Assembly (NCBI GenBank): GCA_003132205.1
Contig: PKWY01000033.1
Span: forward strand, 90,373-154,372
Direction: 5' to 3'
Length of the DNA: 64,000 nt
DNA from: Acidimicrobiaceae bacterium
Lineage (GTDB): Bacteria; Actinomycetota; Acidimicrobiia; Acidimicrobiales; RAAP-2
Shown here one piece after another: positions 56,842 to 64,000 of this stretch. Within the stretch, counting starts at the first letter, position 1, and each line of letters opens with the position of its first letter. The translations under genes and the position numbers were made by a program. The notes beneath the pieces were generated by a model. That model saw only the letters and a program-made list of their open reading frames with translations. It ran no database searches and was not told where the DNA came from.

Positions 56842-58719
56842 CTACCTCTGGTTGTACTTCACCCGACGCGACTGGCCATTTGCCAGGGTGATGGTGAACG
56901 TGAAGACACCATTTGGTGATCCGGGCTTCACCGTGACCCTCAAGGAAAGCAACGTGCCGCTATCGCGCGTGACCAATGCGGTCGTACCGCGATGGCTGGC
57001 CACGGACGGTCGACCGTAAAAGCCAGCGCCGACGACGGTCAGCGTCGCCGACCTCCCGGCGACGGCGTAACCAACGACGTGAATCGGACCAGGGGCAGCG
57101 AAGGAAGGGGGCGGAGCAGGGTTGGTCACTTCCAGCCTGTAGGTGAACGTCCCTGCATCACCGTGCGCGTCACTCGTGTTGCCCCTCGCGACGTACGTAC
57201 CAAACGCCAACGTGGCGCCCGGCGTGACGAGGCCACTGGCGGAGACCGCGAGGTTCGCGGTACCCGACGTTTGCGCGAACGTGACTGCCCCGTCGTTGTG
57301 GCTCACACTGAGCTGGTCGGTGAAGGCGGACAGCGCCGTTGTCACCACTGAGTTCGAGGTCGGCGCATTCTGGGTGATCGCGCCAACGACCAGAGCGAAC
57401 GCGAACGTCCCGATGTCGCCGTTGGGGTCGCTCGTCGTGCCCGACGCCGTGTAGGCGCCAACCGCGAGCGCACCGCTCGTGGTGACAAGACCGGTTGAAT
57501 TGACGGTTAGCGCCGGGGCGCCCGTTGTCTGAACGTAGGCGACCGCGCCATTGTTGCCGCTCACCACCAACTGGTCGGTGAACGTCGATGAATTCGGCGC
57601 CTTCACCGAACTCGAAACCGGCGAAGCCTGATTAATCGTGCCCACCGTCAAAGTGAAGACGAACGTCCCGATGTTGCCGTTGGTGTCCGAGGTTGTGCCC
57701 GTCGCGGTGTAGGAACCAGCCGCGAGGGTACCGCTCGTCGCGACAAGACCGGTTGAATTGACCGTCAGCGCCGGGGCGCCCGTTGTCTGGACGTAGGTGA
57801 CCGCGCCGTCGTTCCCGCTCACCACCAACTGGTCGGTGAACGTCGATGATCCAGCCGCCGTCACCGATGCAGCGGCAGGTGTGCTCAGCAGGCCGCAGAC
57901 GTAATCGCCGTCGAGCCCGTTCGAGGGGTATTGAATCATGGCCACTCGCCCGCCGGTGAATGACGGCGACGTGCAAGCGACTTGCGCCGACGACAACGTC
58001 GCGTATCCGGGCACCCACACCGGCACCGCCGGAAACGTGGAGTCCGTTCCTCCCGTGATCGTGTGCCACTGCGACGGCGTCGAATACGTCCCGATCGAGG
58101 TCACGCCGATGTTCGACAACGAGGCGATCGATCCCTCCAACATCTGCTGGTCGTTCGCTTTCGACGACGCCGTTTGTCCGTAGCCCGGCTCCAGGGTCTC
58201 CCACGTGTTGCCAGTTTCTACGTCGAGCCACCAGTGCGCGACCCTCGCCGAGGACGCCGCTGACAATGAACCGTCCGCCGTCTCGGCGTTCACGGCGTTA
58301 CTGAACGAGATTCGTGCCGTGTTCCATCCGAAGTCGTAGGAACACGCGGGCGAGTTCGCTCCGTGACAGATCCGAGGGCTCTGTTGATTGGTGGGCCAGT
58401 TCGACGAATACGACGGTCCGGGGTTCCCGGTGTTCATGTAGAACGCCGGCGCGCCACTCACCGTGGTCTCGGCCCAACGAAGCTCGCCTGACAAGCAGGG
58501 GTTCGCCGAGAACGGGTGACCGTCATTGACGCCCACGATGCCAAAACCTGTCGAGGTCGGCAGGGAAGCACCGCACTGCGGATAACTGACGTCATAACCA
58601 GTCAACGCAGACACCGCTGGCCCGGCACCGGCGGCGAAAGCAGTCGAGCCGAGAAGCCCCGACGCGATCAAGACGGCGGCGAACAAGCCCTTGGTTAGTT
58701 GATTGAACACGTCCTTCAA
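56842..58719 (-). CDS. Secreted modular protein: GH25/DUF1906-like N domain, three Ig/cadherin-like repeats and a beta-rich C domain
   Basis: Signal peptide (AFA cleavage site); GYDVSYPQC...WWLDVE...GTYST..W...PVW; three 86-aa repeats. Confidence 0.8.
   Translation of the reverse strand: MKDVFNQLTKGLFAAVLIASGLLGSTAFAAGAGPAVSALTGYDVSYPQCGASLPTSTGFGIVGVNDGHPFSANPCLSGELRWAETTVSGAPAFYMNTGNPGPSYSSNWPTNQQSPRICHGANSPACSYDFGWNTARISFSNAVNAETADGSLSAASSARVAHWWLDVETGNTWETLEPGYGQTASSKANDQQMLEGSIASLSNIGVTSIGTYSTPSQWHTITGGTDSTFPAVPVWVPGYATLSSAQVACTSPSFTGGRVAMIQYPSNGLDGDYVCGLLSTPAAASVTAAGSSTFTDQLVVSGNDGAVTYVQTTGAPALTVNSTGLVATSGTLAAGSYTATGTTSDTNGNIGTFVFTLTVGTINQASPVSSSVKAPNSSTFTDQLVVSGNNGAVAYVQTTGAPALTVNSTGLVTTSGALAVGAYTASGTTSDPNGDIGTFAFALVVGAITQNAPTSNSVVTTALSAFTDQLSVSHNDGAVTFAQTSGTANLAVSASGLVTPGATLAFGTYVARGNTSDAHGDAGTFTYRLEVTNPAPPPSFAAPGPIHVVGYAVAGRSATLTVVGAGFYGRPSVASHRGTTALVTRDSGTLLSLRVTVKPGSPNGVFTFTITLANGQSRRVKYNQR
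57124..57885 (-). repeat. Three in-frame 258-bp tandem repeats
   Basis: CTGGTCGGTGAA recurs at 57313, 57571 and 57829 (spacing exactly 258 bp); units 1 and 2 are near-identical at the DNA level over long stretches. Confidence 0.93.
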
Positions 58720-59095
58720 CCCTAGGTCGGTTGCCTCACTCCGTGAAAGGGCGTAAGACTTAGAATCTCCTTAGAGAGGGGATTCACCAACGCGGTGCCG
58801 GCGTCGCAACGCGCTTATTCACCAGGCAGAGTTCTCCGGCTCAAACCTTCACGCAATCGTAAGATGGCGCCCTCGTAACGGCGAAGGCTCGCAGTTCTGC
58901 AACGATCCACTACGTTTGCCTTCACGACGAGTTGAGGGCGCGGCGCTACGAGACCGAAATCACCCAGTAATCGTCCACTCGCATCGAACCCATTTTCATA
59001 GGGCGTGGTTAAGGTGACAACAGAGGTTCGTCCAACACCAGATTCACATGCTGCGTGGGTTGAACGTGCCCGATCGTTACGAAAAAGGTGGTTAC

Positions 59096-61186
59096 GTGAC
59101 GCCAGAATCGAAACACACTTCAGATCCATCGGAGAACAAAGTCGGCGGACGGTCCGCTGGACCCCAGCCCTTCATCGCTTCACGCCTCGGAGAAGCTGGA
59201 TGGCTGGGTCCGCCAAGTCAGGACGCTCTTGCGACGATCTTTCCTCCCATTGCCGACTACGCGTTTCTCTCGGATTGCGAGAACAGCTGTCTGGTCGCAC
59301 CCACGGGCGCCATTGAATGGCTCTGCCTTCCCAAGCCGCACGACCCCAGTATCTTTGGCACCATTCTCGACCGTGCCGCCGGCTCGTTCCGATTGGCGCC
59401 CGTCGACAGCGCCGTCCCCGCTCACCGCCAGTACGTGCCGGGAACGATGGTGCTCGCCACCACCTGGCAGACCCGCAGCGGCTGGTTGGTGGTGACCGAC
59501 TTCTTGGCGGTAAGTCCCTGGTACCGCACGGGCGACCGATCCGATCTCCATCGACGAACCCCCGGCGACTTCGACGCCCGACACATACTCGTGCGGTCGG
59601 CTGTGTGCCTACACGGCACTGTCGACATTCTGCTCAACTGCGAGCCATCTTTCGACTACGGCCGCTCCGACGCCCAGTGGGAGTACACGGGTCCCGCGTA
59701 CGACCAAGTCGCGACGACCAACACGGACTTCGACCGCCTGACCCTGACCGGGGACATGAGGTTCGGCATCGAAGGCCGTTCCGTTCGTGCGCGCCACCGA
59801 CTGACTGAAGGCGAGTCGTCGTTCGTCGTGTTGAGTTGGACCGACGAAGCTCCCCCGTCGACCCGCGCCCAAGTTGACACGTACCGGGCCGAGACAAGTC
59901 GCTTCTGGCGGGACTGGATCGACGGCGGCAAGTTCCCCGACCATCCGTGGCGGGAGCTCCTCCAACGCAGCGCCCTGACTTTGAAGGGGCTCACCTACGC
60001 GCCCACCGGGGCGATGCTCGCGGCACCCACCGCCTCCCTGCCGGAACAACCCGGAGGACAGCGCAACTGGGACTACCGGTACACGTGGATTCGCGATGCG
60101 GCATTCACCCTTCGCGCGCTGCACGTCCTCGGGTTCGACACCGAGGCGGATGATTTCCTGGCCTTTCTCGGCGACGTGCTCGAACCAAAGGGTCGCAGCA
60201 TCGGAGGAACCGCGCAGTCGAGGGCAAACCTCCAAGTGCTCTACCCCGTTGACGGCGCGACCGCCCTCTTCGAGACCGAACTCGAGCACCTCACCGGCTA
60301 CGTCGGAAGCCGACCCGTGCGAATCGGGAACGCCGCCTACAACCAGACCCAGTTCGACATACTGGGAGCGATCGTCGACTGCGTCTTCGAGCACACGCGA
60401 TCACGGGATTCTCTCAGCGAGCGCTCGTGGCGCATCGTCGTTCAGGCCGTTGAGACGACGCTGCAATGTTGGGGCGGAACCGATCGGGGCATCTGGGAAG
60501 TGCGCGGTGAGCCCAAGCACTTCACGTTCTCAAAAGTCATGTGCTGGGTCGCCGCCGATCGCGGCGCGCGCCTCGCGGCGCTGCGGGGTGAGAAGGAGCG
60601 GGCGGATCTCTGGTGGAGCGCCGCCCAGGAGATCCACGCCGATATCTGCGACAACGCTCTCAGCGAGAAGGGCTATTTCGCCCAGTCGTACGGATCGGAT
60701 GAGCTTGACGCGTCGCTCCTGTTGCTGCCGATGCTCGGCTTCTTGCCAGCCGAAGACGAGCGAATTCGAGCGACCGTCCTGGCCATTGCGAGCGAGCTGA
60801 GCGATGGTGCCTTCGTCTACCGCTACCGTACCGATGCAACCGACGATGGACTGGGCGGTCAACCCGAGGGAAGCTTTACCGCGTGCTCCTTCTGGCTCGT
60901 TTCGGCGTTGGTCGAAATTGGTGAGCTCGAACGAGCACGAACCCAATGCGAGAAACTCATCGGCGCCGCGAGCGCGCTGGGGCTCTACGGCGAAGAGATC
61001 GATCCGACGACCGCTCGACACCTCGGCAACTTCCCCCAGGCGCTGACGCACCTGGCGCTCATCAATGCGGTGCTGCACGTGATCGAGGCGGAGCAGCGAA
61101 CGACCGGAGCGCCGCGCGGGCCCGCCGGCTCACCCAGCTGGTGGAGCTCTACGGGCAAGGACGTTCGTCCGAACACGATCCCCTAG
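59096..61186 (+). CDS. Glycoside hydrolase family 15 (trehalase/glucoamylase-like; start probably GTG 59096)
   Basis: IADYAFLSD, RNWDYRYTWIRDA, Q.DI.G, GIWEVRG, EGSF..CSFW and LGNFPQA.TH motifs. Confidence 0.93.
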   Translation: MTPESKHTSDPSENKVGGRSAGPQPFIASRLGEAGWLGPPSQDALATIFPPIADYAFLSDCENSCLVAPTGAIEWLCLPKPHDPSIFGTILDRAAGSFRLAPVDSAVPAHRQYVPGTMVLATTWQTRSGWLVVTDFLAVSPWYRTGDRSDLHRRTPGDFDARHILVRSAVCLHGTVDILLNCEPSFDYGRSDAQWEYTGPAYDQVATTNTDFDRLTLTGDMRFGIEGRSVRARHRLTEGESSFVVLSWTDEAPPSTRAQVDTYRAETSRFWRDWIDGGKFPDHPWRELLQRSALTLKGLTYAPTGAMLAAPTASLPEQPGGQRNWDYRYTWIRDAAFTLRALHVLGFDTEADDFLAFLGDVLEPKGRSIGGTAQSRANLQVLYPVDGATALFETELEHLTGYVGSRPVRIGNAAYNQTQFDILGAIVDCVFEHTRSRDSLSERSWRIVVQAVETTLQCWGGTDRGIWEVRGEPKHFTFSKVMCWVAADRGARLAALRGEKERADLWWSAAQEIHADICDNALSEKGYFAQSYGSDELDASLLLLPMLGFLPAEDERIRATVLAIASELSDGAFVYRYRTDATDDGLGGQPEGSFTACSFWLVSALVEIGELERARTQCEKLIGAASALGLYGEEIDPTTARHLGNFPQALTHLALINAVLHVIEAEQRTTGAPRGPAGSPSWWSSTGKDVRPNTIP

Positions 61187-61412
61187 AGCGAATCATGGAG
61201 GACGCTCCGATGGCCTTCTAAGGAGAATCGCCTACTTCGCGTCGAGGTCCGAGAGTTCGGTTGTGAGAGACACCGGAACGTCCTCGTTTCTCCGCAATTG
61301 CGTGACCTTGGCTGAGTTCGCAACGACGAGGTTAGGCTCGACTCCAAGTATGACCATGTTGGAACAAACCAGTAGTCCTGTTGAACCGACCTCGTCAGAA
61401 GGTCGGATATCA

Positions 61413-62810
61413 ATGTCCGACCCAAGTAGGGCTGATTTCGTCGTCGTCGCAAACCGCCTTCCGGTCCAGCATTCGATGTCCCAGGGCAACGAGGAGTGGC
61501 GGCCCAGTCCCGGAGGCCTGGTCTCGGCGTTGACGTCGGTCCTGCAGAGTCGCAACGGACTTTGGATCGGCTGGCTCGGTGTGTCCGAGCACGGAGAGCC
61601 GCCCGCCACCTACGAAGGAATACCGCTCAAGGCGGTCAGCATCAGTCGTGGGGAGTACGACGACTACTATCTCGGATTCTCGAACGCCACCTTGTGGCCG
61701 TTGTATCACGACGCCATTCGCGCCCCGACGTTTCACCGCCACTGGTGGCATACCTACGAGGACATCAACATGCGCTTCGCGACGGCGGCAGCCGAGGCGG
61801 TCGCTCCGGGGGGGACGGTGTGGATTCACGACTACCAGCTCCAGCTCGTGCCCAACATGCTCCGCCAGCTCCGGCCGGACGTTCGAATTGGTTTCTTTCT
61901 CCATATCCCCTTTCCCCCCAGCGAACTCTTCATGCAGCTGCCCTGGCGACGCGAAATCCTGGCCGGTCTGCTCGGCGCCGACCTGATCGGCTTTCAGGTT
62001 CCCCACGTCGCTTCGAACTTCTCTCGCATAGCGCGCCGCCTGGTCGGCGCAACGGGAACCGACTCGATACTCAACTTCGAGGGTCGCACCATTCGCGTCG
62101 GGGCTTTTCCCATCACGGTGGACAGCGCGCAGATCATCGCGCTGGCGTCGGATCCGGGGATTCGCGAGCGGGCGCTCGAAATCAGGCGGGATCTGGGCAA
62201 CCCCGAGGTTGTGCTCCTTGGGGTGGACCGCCTCGATTACACCAAGGGCATTCAGCAGCGAATCAATGCCCTCACCGAGCTCTACGCCGACGGCTCGCTC
62301 AGCGGCGGGAAACACGTCGTGGTCCAAGTCGCCGTTCCCAGCCGCGAATCCGACGCACATTACGACCTCGAACGCCATAACCTCGAGCAGGTCGTCAGCG
62401 AGATGAACGGAGATCACGGTCTCGTCGGCAGCCCCGTGATCCATTACCTTCATCAGAACCTCCCTTTCGACGAGCTGCTGGCGCTCTACCTGGCGGCCGA
62501 CATCATGCTCGTGACTCCCTTCCGAGACGGAATGAACCTGGTGGCCAAGGAGTACGTCGCGTGTCGGACCGACCTGACCGGGAAACTGGTGCTGAGCGAG
62601 TTCGCCGGGGCCGCCGCTGAGCTGCGTGGCGCGTTCATGGTGAACCCGCACGATCTCGAAGGGATCAAGGAGGCAATCAGGCTCGCGTTGAAGGCCGGAC
62701 CCAAAGAGGCCAAGGCTCGGATGTCGCGCATGCGTCGAAAGACCTTACGCCGAGACGTCTACGACTGGGCCCAGTCGTTCTTGGCTGCGTTGCAACAAGG
62801 CACCGCCTGA
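61413..62810 (+). CDS. otsA: Trehalose-6-phosphate synthase (start probably 61413)
   Basis: VVANRLP, SPGGLV, WPLYH, WIHDYQL, FFLHIPFP, GVDRLDYTKG, RDGMNLVAKEY and LSEFAGAA motifs. Confidence 0.95.
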   Translation: MSDPSRADFVVVANRLPVQHSMSQGNEEWRPSPGGLVSALTSVLQSRNGLWIGWLGVSEHGEPPATYEGIPLKAVSISRGEYDDYYLGFSNATLWPLYHDAIRAPTFHRHWWHTYEDINMRFATAAAEAVAPGGTVWIHDYQLQLVPNMLRQLRPDVRIGFFLHIPFPPSELFMQLPWRREILAGLLGADLIGFQVPHVASNFSRIARRLVGATGTDSILNFEGRTIRVGAFPITVDSAQIIALASDPGIRERALEIRRDLGNPEVVLLGVDRLDYTKGIQQRINALTELYADGSLSGGKHVVVQVAVPSRESDAHYDLERHNLEQVVSEMNGDHGLVGSPVIHYLHQNLPFDELLALYLAADIMLVTPFRDGMNLVAKEYVACRTDLTGKLVLSEFAGAAAELRGAFMVNPHDLEGIKEAIRLALKAGPKEAKARMSRMRRKTLRRDVYDWAQSFLAALQQGTA

Positions 62811-62926
62811 GCGGCAGCTGCCGTCATCGGTGCAGCAGAGTTGCTGGGCCAGAAACGACCTCGGAGAGATTCTCGGAACCGGGGGAGAGAAGCGAACACT
62901 CGACGACGAACTCGACCCCGACCGCC

Positions 62927-63727
62927 CTAGAGTTCGTCGATCAGATCAGCGATCGAGCCGACGACTCTCGACGGCCGGTACGGGAATCGATCGGCGTCAC
63001 CTTCACCGTTGACGCCTGACAGGACCAGAATCGTCTCGAGTCCCGCGTCGATTCCGGCCAGCATGTCGGTCTCCATGCGATCACCGATCATCACGGTCGT
63101 AGTGGAGTGCGCCTCGAGCACGTTCAACGCTTCGCGGATCATCATTGAGTTGGGCTTGCCCACGTAGTAGGGGGTGACGCCGGTCGCGCGCTCGATCATC
63201 GCCGCCATTGCTCCGCACCCCGGAAGCGATCCCTCCGGCGACGGGCCGGTTGGCTCCGGATTGGTGGCCACGAAATGGCTCCCGCCTTCGATGAGCCTGA
63301 TCGCGGTGGTGAAGTCATCGAAGGAGTAGTTCTGAGTCTCACCGAGAACCACGTAGTCGGGACTCTGGGAGTCTTCGCGGTAGCCAACATCACCCAGAGC
63401 CATGTGAAGGCTGGTCTCGCCGATGACGAACGCCGTTCCGTGAGGTCGCTGGGTGTGGAGGAATTGGGCGGTGGCGAGGGCCGAGGTCCATATCTGCTTC
63501 TCAGTGACTTCGAGGCCCATCGACGAAAGCTGCTCGCAGATCTCGCGAGGCGTGAACAGGGAGTTGTTCGTGAGGATCAGGAACGTTCGACCCGTTGATC
63601 GAAGTCGCTCCAGGAACCGGTCTGCCCCCTCGATCATCGAACCATCGACGATGAGTACGCCGTCCATATCGCAGAGCCAGCTCTGAACCCGGTTACCGTA
63701 AGTCACCTGAACATTATGGACACACAA
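62927..63727 (-). CDS. nagD: HAD-IIA family phosphatase (NagD-like)
   Basis: DMDGV, LTNNS, ATNP, GKP and GDRMETD motifs. Confidence 0.88.
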   Translation of the reverse strand: MCVHNVQVTYGNRVQSWLCDMDGVLIVDGSMIEGADRFLERLRSTGRTFLILTNNSLFTPREICEQLSSMGLEVTEKQIWTSALATAQFLHTQRPHGTAFVIGETSLHMALGDVGYREDSQSPDYVVLGETQNYSFDDFTTAIRLIEGGSHFVATNPEPTGPSPEGSLPGCGAMAAMIERATGVTPYYVGKPNSMMIREALNVLEAHSTTTVMIGDRMETDMLAGIDAGLETILVLSGVNGEGDADRFPYRPSRVVGSIADLIDEL

Positions 63728-63806
63728 TCCGCCTCGCCTGCACTTCTGCAGTGTCTCTACGAGATAACGGGCGATTCAACGCTGAGCCGACGGAAGTCCC
63801 ATTTCC

Positions 63807-63989
63807 TTGAATGAGATGCTTTTCGTGGGTGATGCCATCTTCGATGAGGGAAACGATTACGCGGTTCAAGAGGGCGGCGTTGACTCGATATCCGTTCGAG
63901 GCTCCGAAGAAGCAGTCCAGATGACCAAGGATGTTCTCGCCTGGCTGGTCAACGGCTCCTCCGAAATCGTGACCAGAGAGGTATTTTGA
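63807..63989 (+). pseudogene. C-terminal remnant of a HAD-IIB family hydrolase
   Basis: MLFVGDAIF..GNDY...GV.SI.V.G matches the HAD-IIB C-terminal motif; there is no room upstream for the N-terminal DxDxT part. Confidence 0.6.
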
Positions 63990-64000
63990 AAGGTCTTCTC

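Noticed and set aside
57124-57885. Tandem repeats as a CRISPR array or mobile-element repeat
   Set aside because: The 258-bp units are in-frame coding repeats with no repeat-spacer structure and no cas genes.
58740-58900. Possible c-di-AMP or c-di-GMP riboswitch upstream of the secreted hydrolase (GGTGAATC and a GAATCTCC/GGGGATTC hairpin at 58763-58785)
   Set aside because: The other conserved elements (GCUGAAUC...GGAAC and CCCGUCAGCUAAC, or GGCAAAC...GACGCAAAGC) are not present. A cmscan run would be needed.

Overview
A 64-kb chromosomal window from a high-GC bacterium, most likely an Actinomycetota member. An Acidimicrobiia-like origin is an inference from gene style and leaderless promoters. 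I found no rRNA, tRNA, CRISPR array or intact mobile element. The window is a mosaic of catabolic and transport modules: (i) molybdate/tungstate ABC genes, moaB/mog and a single-chain 2Fe-2S + molybdopterin (IorA-IorB-like) fusion; (ii) ArsR-SRPBCC-MDMPI; (iii) a PucR/MocR-regulated amine/guanidino-compound region with two APC permeases, a ureohydrolase, a deacetylase, two SDRs, two class-III aminotransferases and mmsA; (iv) a decayed lldD pseudogene; (v) a ~12-kb XRE-cupin-linked redox operon of unknown substrate (M24 protein with Asp->Cys, SDR, LLM, three Zn-dehydrogenases, VOC, fused ABC ATPase-permease, cupin); (vi) sixA, pncB, pncA; (vii) a ~15-kb N-heterocycle degradation cluster; (viii) a secreted protein with three 258-bp tandem repeats; (ix) GH15, otsA and a HAD-IIA gene. 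Cluster (vii) is the most striking feature. It joins a Rieske dioxygenase and dihydrodiol dehydrogenase, whose only candidate electron chain is a NuoF-like flavoprotein plus a 3Fe-4S-type ferredoxin, to a LigA-LigB fused extradiol dioxygenase and the maleamate pathway (nicX, nicF, maiA). It lacks nicD and is bracketed by a split ABC transporter whose promoters share one operator-like motif.
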